Source of the DNA: Carcharhinus amblyrhynchos
Lineage: Eukaryota
Length of the DNA: 64,000 nt
Reading direction: 5' to 3'
Assembly (NCBI GenBank): GCA_965287045.1
Contig: OZ336872.1
Span: 119,102,001 to 119,166,000, forward strand
A model generated the notes under the pieces. It worked only from the letters and a program-made list of their open reading frames with translations. It was not told the DNA's origin and searched no databases. Below, piece by piece: positions 40,716 through 53,772 of the stretch. The translations under genes were made by a program, and so were the position numbers. Position 1 is the first letter of the stretch, and the number at the start of each line of letters is the position of its first letter.

Positions 40716-41861
40716 GGTTTGCCTATTGGAATATGAGCTCCCTAATTAAGGGGTCAATTGATGGGCCAATCAGGGATTTAACCAGGAGTGTCAGTTCCTC
40801 TGGCACTCCCTGAAGGTAGACTGTTGCCTGATACTCTGTTCTGCTGTCAGAATAGTAAAGATAGGGATTTTGGTGAAGGGACTTATTACAGTTGTTTCAT
40901 TGCAATGGTGGACCACATGGGTTAACCTTTTGACATCACCACTTGGCTGGTACACTTTATATCACCCTTATTTGGATCAGGTGAATCAGTTTGGAGGTTA
41001 CAAAATTTAGTTGCATGCCCAAGACTTTGACCAATGTTACTAAGCCAGGATATAAACCAATAAGTGGTTTAGAAGGTGATGTCCTTTCCTTTTTGTGTAT
41101 GTGTTAGTTTGGAACGGTGACAGCAGTGCTTGGCTCCAAATTCATATTAAGCAATAAAATACATTTTTTGAATGGAACCAGATGCCTTTGTCAAAAGAAT
41201 CCTGGAGCCTGTGTCGGTATCTTGGGATCTGCACTGGTTAATGGTGAATTGTTACTGCATTCATACTCATCCCTTGCACATCAAAGAATTAAAACAATGG
41301 GTATTGAGTGCTCAGAATCACTTGTCAACAACTGTTTTTTTAACATTTGTAAAAGACTGACAAAATATCACAATGCAATGATCCAGCTGCTATTTTAGGC
41401 AGAAAAGAAGGAAGCCGAATTGAATGTATCCCATCCTGCACTCTTAGTTCCCATGGACCAACAATCACGTCCTCTGTTTCCCCTCTTACTGTTCCTGACG
41501 GTAACCTTCCTGCGTTTGAACGTTTCTGTAACCTCTTTCACATCGAATACTGAAGGATAAATAGAAAACACTGAAGGGTTTTATAGATGCCACTGGACTG
41601 AAGGGAGCTAATAGCATTTTATGGATTTTCAATAAAAACACTACTAGCTCTCCGGTGATGACCGTAACACAATCAAACTATCAACTAACTTTAATATAGT
41701 AATTATGCAATACATCTTTGCTTTCAGCTAAATGCTAATCTAAACAACTAATAAAAAAGGCTTCAGAAAACCTAAACAGTCCCAGAAAATCTATCCTTAT
41801 GACGGTCAAAAAGCACACCATCAGATATAAACCACAGCAGAACTCAGGCTTAGAATTGTCT

Positions 41862-42056
41862 GGGCACAGTAAGAAGTCTCACAACACTAGGTTAAAGTCC
41901 AACAGGTTTATTTGGAATCACAAACTTTTGGAGTGCTGCTCCTTTATCAGGTGACTCTAAAAGCTCGTGATTCTAAATAAACCTGCTGGACTTCAACCAG
42001 GTGTTGTGAGACTTCTTACTGTGCTCACCTCAGTTCAACACCAGCATCTCCACATC
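41862..42056. mobile_element. Palindromic copy of the same Penelope-like repeat, hammerhead motifs decayed
   Basis: gcacagtaagaagtctcacaacac...gtgttgtgagacttcttactgtgc inverted arms; tail gcatctccacatc is the reverse complement of the start of the 53773 copy. Confidence 0.7.
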
Positions 42057-42617
42057 TTAGACTTACCTGAATTGCTTAACTTTTAAGATGGGGTAATGAC
42101 TTAAATGTACGACGGGGCTGTTTTAAGATGACAAATTTGGTAGGTTTCATGGTTACTGAAGTTGGAAATTACTTTGGAGCAGAGATGGGGTGGGGAGGGT
42201 GGAGGGGAAGGTGTGGGGATGTGTGTGTGTTAAAGACAAAATATTTATTATCTTGCAGTAACTGAGGGCAATCTTACCCACCTCCCCCCTAAAAAAAATT
42301 GCATTAGCAATTTATTCAGTGCATTTTGATGCCAATTGTAGTTTCACCTATCAAGCAAAAAAATTTTCACCTGAAAGGGTTAAAGGCATTTTAAAGACAA
42401 AAATGGAAGACGTTACACGGACTCCAATGCATCTTTGCAGGATCCAGTTGCTTTAAATTAGAATCAAATCCCTCAATAAGGTTGTGAATTGTAACATATA
42501 ACACACCTACAGTATAGTCCTAAATGGCCGGACATTCTACATTCACAAGACAAAACCAATCCACTCTTCTTGGTTTGTAATGAAAAGTGTAGGAGCAAGG
42601 AGGATCCAGAGGGGAAC

Positions 42618-43435
42618 TTAGTAGTGGTGCTGTTGCCATGTGTCTGCTGCCCTTTTCCTTCTAGATGGTAGCGCTAATGGGTTTGGAAGATGCTTTATAA
42701 AGAACCCTAGTGAGTTCCTGCCGTGCATCTTGTAGATGGTACCCATTGCTGCTACTGTGTGTCGGTGGTAGTGAGAGTGAATGTTTGCAGATAAGGTGCT
42801 AATCAAGTGGGCTCCTTTGTCTTGGATGGTGTAAAGCTTCTTGAGTGTTTTTGAAGCTGCCCTCATCTAGGTAAGAGGACAATATTCAAACACATTCCTG
42901 GCTTGTGCCTTGTAAATTGTGAACAGGCTTTGGTGAGTCAGGAGATGAGTTACTCTCCACAGGATTCCTAGCTTTTGATTTGTTCTCGAAGCCACAGTAT
43001 TTATATGGAAACTCCAGATTAGTTTCTGGTCAATGGTAATCCCCACAGGATGTTGATAGTGGGGGAATTCAGTGATGGTAATGCCATTGAATGTCAAAGG
43101 GTGACGGTTAGATTCTCTCTTGTTGGAGATGAACATTCACTGACATTTCTGTGGCACGAATGTTACTTGCCACGTGTCAGCCCAAGCCTGGATATTGTCC
43201 AGGTCTTGCAGCATTCAGACATAGATTGCATCAGTATCTGAGAAGTCACGAATGGTGCTGAACAAAATCAGCAGCAAATATCCCCACTTCTGATCTTATG
43301 AAGGAAGGAATATAATTGATGAAGGAGCTGAAGATGGTTGGGCCCAGGACATAATCCTGTGGAATTCCTGTAGTGCTGTTGACTGGAGCTGAGATGACTG
43401 ACTACCAATAAATCACAACCATCTTCCATTGTGCT
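42618..43435 (-). mobile_element. LINE fragment, same family
   Basis: PLTFNGITITE...GITIDQKLIWSFHINTVASRTNQKLGIL...TIYKAQARNVFEYCP. Confidence 0.85.
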
Positions 43436-43440
43436 AGTAA

Positions 43441-43945
43441 ACAGTGTCAATGGATGGTCTGGGCTTCATTCATTACCCTTTGTACTTTCTTGTGGCCTTG
43501 GACAGAGCAGGAGCTACACAAGCTATCATACAACCAGAAAGAATGTTTTCTATGGTACATGGTAGGCTGGGGCAGATGGCCTCCCACCCATCAACTCCAT
43601 CTACACTTCCTGATGTCTAGGAAAAGCAACCAACATAATTAAAGGACCCCGTACACCCTGGACTTCTCTCTTCCACCTTCTTCCTTTGGGAAAAAGAATA
43701 CAAATTCTGAGGACATGCACTAACCAACTCAAGAACAGCTTCTTCCCTGCTGCCATTAGACTTTTGAATGGACTTATCGCATGTTAAGTTGATCTTTTTC
43801 TACACCCTAGCTATATCTGTAACACCATCTTCTGCGCTCTCATTTCTTTCTCAAATGAATGGTATGCTTTGTCTGTACAGCGTGCAAGAAACAATACTTT
43901 TCACTGTATGCTAATACATGTGACAATAATAAATCAAATCAAAAT
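43441..43945. mobile_element. Rex/Babar-like LINE 3' fragment with inverted 5' part
   Basis: 43441-43560 is minus-oriented and about 43578-43945 plus-oriented, ending aataataaatcaaatcaaa. Confidence 0.72.
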
Positions 43946-44107
43946 CTGTGGGCTGAGTTCTGATGAAGGATCACACTCAAATATTCATCTGTATTTTCCT
44001 CCTGCAGTTGTTGATCAACATGCAGTGTTGCACATTGGTGCTAATTTGCTCATGATTTTTCACCCATCTGAGACATACTTTGATTTTGAGAAATATGCAA
44101 AAAATAC

Positions 44108-44447
44108 ATTTATTCATGGTACATGGGCTTCGCTGGCTAGCCATCATTTATTGCCCATCCATAGTTGCCCGAGGGCAGTTCAGAGACAACCACATTGCTG
44201 TGGCTCGCAAATCCCGTGTAGGCCAGACCAGGTAAGGATGGCAGATTTCCTTTCCTAAAGGACATTAGTGAATCAGATGGGTTTTTCCATCAATTGACAA
44301 TAGTTTCACGGTCATCAGTGGATTCTTAATTACAGGTTTTTTATTAAATTCAAATTCTACCATCTGCCGTGGCGGGATTCAAACCTCGGATCCCCAGAAC
44401 ATTAGCTGAATTTTTGGATTAGTAGTCTAGTGACAATATCACTCAGC
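44108..44447 (-). mobile_element. Second SINE family copy
   Basis: Reverse complement similar to 12143-12500. Confidence 0.8.
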
Positions 44448-45169
44448 CTTTCCTGAAACGAGTATGAATTGACAGCCCATTGACTTAACTGAAACCTGAG
44501 AAAACTGCCTCTTCCTGATCATGGTCCCTATTTTTGCACTAATACACACAGTCAAAACTCACATCAAAAGGCAGGAGGAAGAGTGGAGAAGGTGAAACTC
44601 TTGGTGTTTGCACTGCGATACCATGAGAGGGGAAAAATGGAAAGTATTATGGGTGGATGCTGCAGTTCAGATGACATTACTCTGTCCGCTATGTTAATGG
44701 AAACATTAACTCATTTAATGTAAATTAATTATTGCTGCTGTTAAAGCAGCTAAAGAATAAATCAAGTGTTTTTCCATTATTATTGGCAATAGCAATTTTT
44801 AGGCCATATTACTCTTTTGACCTTGCTGGAAAGATTTATTTTCTTGCACTGTAAACAGAAAGTATTACAGACCATAATCATTAAAAAATAACTGAGCTGG
44901 ACATAACATGATTTTACAGAACAGGTATAAATGAGTTAAATATTATATTTCCAAGTGGACCTGACTGATTCCCACTAGTTAGGAGTTTGCATTTGATTAA
45001 ATGACTTGATTAAGGCTGTCCTTTCCCTTTGCTGTATTATGGAAAGCAAAAGGTTCTCTTCCTCATTACTACATTGCGACAAAAAGATTCCCATCACATT
45101 TTCAAATATCAGATAACATGACCCATACGCTAACAGGCCAAGCTTTGTATCACACATTGCTAATATATT

Positions 45170-45383
45170 GGGCAGAATTTTCCCAACCTGCCCATTGTTG
45201 ACCTCGGGCAGGATTTTCCAGTCTTGGGTGAGCGTGGGTGGAAAATCCCGCCTTAAGGCCGGAATTGTACCGGTTCGCCTGCCCCGATTCCACTGGCGGG
45301 CAAGGCTCACAAAATGGCATCCTCCATTGGCCTCAGATGGGATCGTACGAGCCTTGGGTGGGTGTACTGGTAAAATTCTGCCC
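45170..45383. mobile_element. Compound MITE-like element
   Basis: Outer gggcagaatttt / aaaattctgccc with internal TIR-like units. Confidence 0.7.
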
Positions 45384-48300
45384 CGAGTATTTTTTTTTAA
45401 AAGATCAAATACAGTTAACTTTCTACCTATTTGCAAACCCAGGCAATTCTATACGTGGAGTGACAAAAATACTCACTTCACGCTCGGGAATATTCCATTT
45501 ATCGCAAACCAGACTTGCAGAAGGCAAGCTTCAGCAAAAAGGAAATATGGCAAATACTCCACAATTTAACTATTCAAAACTCTAACTCAGTAGCGTGCTC
45601 GTTACATGAGCCGCTCTATAAATGGTGCTCAAAAACCATCAGCTCTTCTTAAAAGTTTCCTGCCCCAAGTCTTCAATGCAACCAATAGTGATAGTAAGTA
45701 ACATGGTTAAATGGCTTTGAAAACTCTACAACCATCCTATCCAATGAGTTCCCTCAGTCTCCAACATCACTACTCATCTGGTGATCTTGTTTGGGTCAGC
45801 CTCCAAGCAATAGACTGGTTGACATGTCTAACCCCCAATCAAGAAAATCCAATTCATCTTGTGAAATATATGAGCTGAAGCACTGACCCTCAGTTTAAAA
45901 CACTGACCCTTGGCATGTTATGCTCTAATCCTTTTGAAGAAGTAAACATAGAAAGCTTTGGTTTGAAGGAATACACCAGCCTTTCCTAGTTCTTTGCATT
46001 CACAATCACAAATATTACTAAATAAGTCAAACATTTCAAACGAGCTGTAGTGGACTCTCAGTATGCTTTAACACTTGGCCAAATCAGTTATAATTTATTT
46101 AATATTTCTAGATAGACATAGATGTAGATTTTCAACTCACTTCCTGGGCCTATCTGGTGTTGCCAATCATCTACCCGTTAAAAAAAACATTTTAATTTCC
46201 ATTGCTTTCATGGAAACAATTGTTCATTTTCTTTAACTGAGCTGCACTTCCTTTCATTGCCTTTTTTCCCATGAAATTGGGAACAACATCGGTCGTCCGT
46301 CGTCATGTTATCACCATTTCATTCATTGTTAATGATTCTCAGAATAAATTCCTTGAGGTTTGGAGGTAGATTTTCAATACAAGATCCATTACAAAAACCA
46401 ACCAAATTTCATGTTCCGTTGGAACAAATAAAATCTAAAGCTGACTGGTTTCATAATTGGGTAGATAATCCACAACGCTAGTATAATGCAAAGACATCCA
46501 GTTGGCAATGTGCCTAATGGCATATATTCTTTAAATTATGCCACTCCTACCTCAGTGTGTGTTCTCTTTTACCAAAGAATACTCAAGTGTGAGAACAAAT
46601 TCAGTAAGTCTTTACCACCAAAGCAGAGACTTGATAGTCAAGAACATAAGTCAGAGATGGTGCTATAGCGATGTTGAACTGACTTTCCAACATGCACCAA
46701 TACCTGGTTAGTGTCAGCCTCAGGTCAGTGGCTGCATTTAAACCGTTCAGGCAGAAGGCCACATGTTCAAATCCTACTCTAGGACGTGACCATCTAAACT
46801 GGGATGACAATTCAATGCAATATTGGAGGGAGTGCTGCACTGCCAGAGGTGCTATTTCTCCTCAGGATCAGGCATTATAAAATTGCAACAACAACAAAAA
46901 ACTCTACTCTGATCTAACCATAGTCATGCAACAACATGGATCTATTTTACAAGAAAGTTACGTGCATGCTGTTACCAGGATTGGCAGCGTCTCAAAGTTT
47001 TGCAGGAAGATGGTTAATTCCATGTTAATGCAATGGCTGTTGCTGGAATGTTAGATAGCTATCTTCTGCCAATATGCAAACTCCACACAAAGCCAAATCT
47101 AGTTCCTAGCCTCAGGCCTTTGGTCTTGCAACCTGCTCGCCCCATGTGCTGTTTTTGCTCTGCTGCTCATTAAATGCTTACGGCTGCCCATCTTTATAAC
47201 ACTACCCACTTTGAGATTTGCCAGAATTGGAACCTGACCTGTGATGATAGAAACGGCGAAGTAGAGTTATTTTCTATGAGGAAAGATCAGATCCTAGGGA
47301 ATTTCTCTGCAGTTTAGTGTTTAAAAATTATTCCTGGAAGCTTATGCCTTCATTCAGGTGAATCAGAGTCTTTCGCTGATCAGAAGCAGTGAGTCATTAC
47401 ACTTCACACAGGATTATGATCCCGTCAGAGTGATAAGGTGGCAGTATCTGCTTCTATGGCTGAGGGTTTTCTAGCTGAAATAAGCCTGGGTAGACTGAAC
47501 CCAATACATGGGAGGCAATAGTTAGCAATGAAGCACTCCCCGTAAAGATGTTAATTTGAACAAACATGTAAACGAAAGTAAAGGAGCCCTTTAGAAAGAG
47601 TTAACGGGTTTATTTTGCAATTTATAACTTCTGCTCAAGTGCTGCTCATAAAATAAATTGGGTAGGAGGAAATTATCAAAATATATAGTTCACTCAGAGC
47701 ATTGTGAAGGCTTATTTTGAGAAAATTATGCAGAATTTCATGGCAGATTGAGGACATAAATTAAATGTTTTGCCCTGTGCTCCTATTTAATGTGTAGGGT
47801 TAGTTATGCGAGGGAAAGGCAAGGTTATTATAGCACAGAATTTAAAGAACACTGGAATAAGATGTTACTATAAGTATGGAATATTTGCAATAAATGAACA
47901 GCACTTATGGAGATTAAGTATTTGAACAACATTTTAATAACTTGTGATGACAAACGGCAGATCATTAAATATTTACCGGAAACATTTGTATGGAAGTGCG
48001 CTGCTATCTTTTGATAAACAGCTAGTTTCAGATGGAATAGAGCAATCATTCAGTATCATCGGGTGCAACTTAAAACCCTTCCCTGTGACGAGTTTGGCAT
48101 GCGGTGGGGTATTGAATCAGGTAGCAACATGGCAGATGGCGGACTCTCCTGCCTTCCCACCTCCATCCCGATTAAATTCATGGTGGGAGGCCCCTAAACA
48201 GCCTCCCCGTCCCAACTCCAATTTAGGCACGCTCGCCTTGATGGGGAGCATAACAAGTAAACCCATATAGGGAAGAGGGAGTCATACAAGTATCAGCCAT

Positions 48301-48904
48301 CATCTCCCCAGTGGCACTGTCATTTAATAGAGCTGCCAGCCTCCAACTGGCCAACAGCTTTCAGTGGGCAGGACTTCCACTGTATTCTTTAGGTTAGAAT
48401 TACAACTTAGAAATTACAACCAGGATGTTAAGATACAAATGCTCTAACTGGCCCTTATCAAATTCATCTCTACTTCGGTTTAATTGGGGCATTAATTTGT
48501 TTACAATAATATGGCAAAATAAGAAATCTGTTCGACAATACTGAGCATTTGTACAATAATTGCAACAACAGTGACAGTTGTTCTGAATTTAAAGTATAAT
48601 ACATTTGAAAGGTTTTTAAAAGAAAAATGTACAGCACAATTGAAATTTTAATTAAAATAAATCAGTGCAGAATCAAATGTAAAATGTGATTTTAGAAATG
48701 TAGAAACTTCATCCACATCAACCAAGGTGTTTAAATGCCATTATCAGCAGATCTGGCCAGTCCACAGTTGGAACAACAAACTTTTCAACTCTATGCTGAT
48801 TAAGTGTTAATTCAGCTGTTTGAAGATGCAAGCAAAGAATAATTTGCCATTGTTTTTCTATTAATTAAAATTATGTTTCATAAAAGTAGAAGGAAAGGAT
48901 ACCT

Positions 48905-49040
48905 NNNNNNNNNNNNNNNNNNNNNNNNNNNNNNNNNNNNNNNNNNNNNNNNNNNNNNNNNNNNNNNNNNNNNNNNNNNNNNNNNNNNNNNNNNNNNNNN
49001 NNNNNNNNNNNNNNNNNNNNNNNNNNNNNNNNNNNNNNNN
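48905..49040. other. Assembly gap, 136 N
   Basis: Run of N characters. Confidence 1.
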
Positions 49041-51019
49041 ATTGTTGAACTTTGCAAGAAAAACAATTTACTTCCTTAAGAAACAAGGGGAAGATTTTCT
49101 CTCGGGTGAATAGTAAACTAGTACAGCAATAATCAGTCTAGTGAAATGGATGCCAAGATATTACTTCCGGAACAGAAAAGGGCTTCAATTTACACCTAAT
49201 CTGTCTTATTCCTCAACTAGTTGCACACATTGCTGATGTTGGTGTTCCCTCTCTCACCCATTCTCCTCCATTATCCCTATGACATCCTTGAGACACGCAC
49301 GATTCAAGATTCAACCAAAAATATGATCTCTAAAAGTGGAATTCAAAATTCGCAATGCCACATTAAGCTATGGAAATATTATGAAACTTCCTTTCAAAAA
49401 AAAACTGTGGGATATTAATTTATTCATTTCACTTTTAAACGTACACAGTTTGGTGAAATCTTAATAGACTGAGGGATACTGGGCTGAGTAACATTGTGAA
49501 CTCCTGGAATCAGTCATTGAATTCCCGACATTGAGAGAGTTGATAGGGAAATGGCAATGCTTTAGAAATGTGGAGCCTAAATTTTATGAAATGAAATGCT
49601 TTCTGCTGGGGTTTAACAATGGGTCTGCTAATGATCTGGGATTTGAAAGAGTTAGGGATTCATTTTCTTTCCCGTGATGTACCTCTTAGCAATGCTGGCT
49701 TCTAACACTGATCAGACATTCGAATGTCTGTTGAATTCCCCAATGTGCAGGCAACATGTGGTTTGCGCAACATATGCGAGAGCCACATATGGGGCTAATA
49801 TTAGAAAGCCAGAAGCATTCGCCGCTCGGTGTAGTCTTTCAACTTCACACTTCACTGTTGCATTCATACCTCTCCCCCTCCGCGCTCCCCTCCACCCCAC
49901 TGCCCCCTCCACACCTTTTTCCTCTCTTTCCCTCTCTAATTTCTAAATGTTCCAGACATTACCACCCGACAAGCTTTTCATCACTCCCAAATGCCGTAAG
50001 CGCACCACAAACCGCAGAGCACTTTGTAATATCAGGTCCATCTGATGCCAGTGTGCTTTGTGAAGCAATTTTCTGAGAACACAGTAATTAGTCAGTACTC
50101 GGGGGCTGCATATTTGTTGCTTATTAAAACAAATTAAGTGCTGTTTTGAATATGTTTGGCCCATAAGCCCATGTGGTTTCCATTGAGCAACATATTTTTT
50201 TTCAAACAAGCTAATAATTACCTTTTTTTTTGTTTCATTCTAGTTAAGGATTTTTTTCTGTTTAGCTAAGGCAGGATGCAGTAATAAGAGACAGTTGCTG
50301 AAAACAGACCAAGCAGGAGGACGCACTGTGTGTCTATATGCATATGTGTGTGGGCCTTTTATTCAAGTGAGTGCACATGAGTTTGGAGAGAGTAATACAG
50401 TATAACCCTTGAACAATGCTACTCCATTCCATACAGCTGGATTGCCAGACAATTTGTAAGATAATTACCTCGCAGTGGGCAAATTTAAAAAATCTACTGT
50501 GATATCATTTCATAGGTTTACGGCACAAAAAAAATGAATAGGTTTGAAAAATGTGGAATGCAATCGAATGTAACAAAAAGTGTAATGATTTGCTCTCCAG
50601 TTTTCCAACTTTGTTTTCACCAAACTATCAGAATTAAGTAATTAATTAAACAATAAGAAATGAGAAAGTATGATACTCAACTTACCTTAAGATCTAATTC
50701 TTAGCTCCTCCAGAATGTAGTGGGTGGGTTCACTGAATGCCTTGGACAAGATTTCATTCTGGGCTCTATGGAAAAGAACTATCCTTGGTTTGACCTCTGG
50801 TCTTTACTGTTCTTCACTAGTATGCTACAATTGGTCTCAAGATTGCTTTGTTATGCAGGAGTAAAAGCAGTCAGACCATCGCACTCCTGATTTGTACTGG
50901 AAAGTACACGTGTGGAGGTCAGATGAAGTTAGGATAGGGCTATGATGTTTTCTGCAGGCAAGTAGTCTGCAAACATTCACCAGATGGCATCCGGTAGAAA
51001 AACCAGTTACTTAGACAAG

Positions 51020-51320
51020 AGCGGCATGGTGGCAGAGTTGTTAGCACCGCTGCCTCACAGCGCCAGGGACCCGGGTCCAATTCTGGCCTTGGGTGACTGT
51101 CTGTGTGGAGTTTGCACATTCTCCCCGTTTGCGAGGGCTTCCTCCCAAAATCCAAAGATGTGCATGTTTGATGGATTGGCCATGCTAAACTTAGCCTTAG
51201 TGTCAGGGGATTAGCAGGGTAAAATAGGTAGGGTTACAGCAATAGGTGCTGGGTGGGATTCTTGTCAGTATAGATTTGATGAGCCCAAGGACCTCCTTCT
51301 GCACTGTAGGAATTCTATGA
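51020..51320 (+). mobile_element. HE1/V-SINE-like SINE
   Basis: gcggcatggtggcagagttgttagcacc...cctccttctgcactgtaggaattctatga. Confidence 0.85.
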
Positions 51321-52188
51321 GCGCTGATGTGTATAAAAAGCCTTCAGAAAAGGATGGAGAGAGCAAGTTGGGGTGAGAATCAATTTCTGATTTTAAGTTA
51401 AATGTGTGATTTGAATAGATGCACATTGTGAAATGGAAAATTACAAAAAGAGAAAGTCACTCTTTACAGAACTGACACAGTTTGCATGTTGTCAGTGAGT
51501 TCTAAAGTAGGCTATTTGCCATAATCTGCTGTTACTTGATATGCATCCTCCAATTGGATTACAATTGGATCAAATTGCTGTCTATGTCCACACAGTATTC
51601 CTGGTCCATTCAGAGCAGGAATATGGTTCCGAACAGACAGGTATGGGTTTACATCATGGGAGAGTGCGCAGGATCAGAACATTGCAGTGCACACATTGGC
51701 CTGGACCTCTCGCCAGAAGGAAAGGCTCCCTGTTGTGGCAAAAATGGTACAGCATCTGAAAATCCTGTCCCATTCAGAATGCAGCACTTCCCATTATTGT
51801 AAAGAGAACAGTTTGTGTTTCGTGCACGTGCGGTTTACAGATGTAGCTGGCCATTTAGATCAATTGCCTCCACTGATGTTGGATTTTGGTGGACAAGGAG
51901 TGTGAAAACTGAAGTGTGAAGATTAGACCATGTAAGATTAGGTCTGAACATCATGTATTTGTTTGGATAGCCGGGATACCTCTTTGAAGAGGTAAGATAC
52001 CCCTCTGCAGAGATGAAATATCCCTTTGAATACAGTCACAGGACAACTTTAGGGGAAGTTAGGTGCCCTTTGGAATTATTAAAAGTAGGCATGAATGTGC
52101 ATTAAAAGTTCATAAACTTGTATAGTCATTGAAACTGTCAACAGATCTGTCAAAATCAAATATGTGTTGAGAGAACCTATCAAAAGTG

Positions 52189-52562
52189 GGGGAGACAGTG
52201 ATGTAGTAATAATATCGCTTGACTGATAATCCAGAAGCCCTAGAGACATGGGTCCAAATCCCACCAGCGCAGAATTTAAATTCAATTATTAAATCTGGAA
52301 TTATCAAACTAATCTTGGTAATAATGGCCATGAAATTATCATTGTTATAAAAACCCATCTGATTCATTAATGTACTCCAGGGAAGGATATCTGCCATTCT
52401 TATCTGATTTGGTCTACATGTGGCTCCAGTCACGCGGCATGTGGTTGACACTTGACTGACCTCTTTAACGGCATAGGAAGCCATTCAATTCAAAGGCAAT
52501 TAGGGATGCGAAACCAATGCTGGCCCTGCCAGCCATCCCCACATCCCATGAAAGAATAAAAG
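52189..52562 (+). mobile_element. Second SINE family copy
   Basis: Similar to 12143-12500 and 23443-23783. Confidence 0.78.
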
Positions 52563-53772
52563 TGTCAAAAGCTCCTGTCAAATGGAGCTGTCATGCTCTC
52601 AAGGCCTTTAAAAGTTCTGCCCTATAAATCTTGAAAGAAATGTCCGGAGCATTAAAGAAAAATGACTGCTTGCTATTTCACTGTTGGCATAAGCCTGGGG
52701 ACTTTCATTACTTATGACTCATTTCACAATCACCCATTTGCATCATAGGGTACCTGCATTTTCACAGTTTGAATAATACATACAGGAGGTTATAGATACT
52801 TCAAAGATGGATTATGAAGTCCGTTGCTTATTGTCATAAGGTTTAAAGAAACGTAAATGTAGGAAATTGGTTTATTATGAATGAGTGTTTATTTCATTCC
52901 ATCTCAATATGGAATTTGAAGTCTGCACGTGTTGGGAATGTTGGCATGGTGGGCGTGAGGGTAAAGGATGGTGGGTGGGAGCATTGGTTGATGTGAGTTG
53001 GCAGAAGCTATAAAGGGCCATAGGGGAATATGTACAGGGACATAGATTGGCATAGAGGATATGGTAGACCACGCGGATGGCCACAGAGGTATCTTCAGGG
53101 CTATAAAGGGCCATAGGAGTGGATAACTGGCACAAGATATCATGGATTGTCATGGACAGGACATGGGGAATGTATCAGTTGGGGGTGGGAGCGGGGTGTG
53201 GTGTGAGAGGTGAGGGTTGGAGGGATTTTTTTTTTTAAAACTTTGGACAAAAAAGTGCCAGGGCCACGAGGTAGGCCTTCCACCCAGTCTGTCTCTACAC
53301 ATGGCACGATCCAGCAATGCCTGCCCTGACTTTTAACACTGACCCCTTCGATTGAAAATCTGACATCCAAGTAGCCATTTTTGAAAGTCAGGCTCACAGA
53401 GCCAAGAATTCTTCTGACTCTGTGCATCCTACTAGCAGACCAAAATCCAGGCCACTGTGTACAAGTTACCCTAAATTATTCTCACGGATTCTTCCAGCAA
53501 CACATCAAGAGAATCCTGTGCTCAGCAAGTATTCTGTTTCTTCTATAGTTGTGATAGAAGAGGTTTGGTGACAACAGCTTGCACAGTGCACTGAAACTTC
53601 ACCATAACTCACTTTACAAAGGGCATGACATGGGTGTGCGTCAACAAATCCCGACAACAGCAACAACTAGTAGGGCTTGGGGGAGGGAGGCGAATGGAAT
53701 GTCAGAGTGTGACCTCAACAGCAGAAAGCAAGGCCAACAGTGGGCTGGAGGGTCTGGGTGGGATGACAGACA

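Noticed and set aside
43955-43995. Hammerhead-like CTGATGAAGG motif, with a fainter trace at 1-35
   Set aside because: The GAAA box and stems are degenerate; at most dead remnants.
48871-49086. ORFs spanning the N run
   Set aside because: Artefacts of the assembly gap.
53008-53117. Twice-repeated ctataaagggccatagg as a CRISPR-like array or promoter
   Set aside because: Only two copies within a purine-skewed repeat interior in vertebrate DNA.
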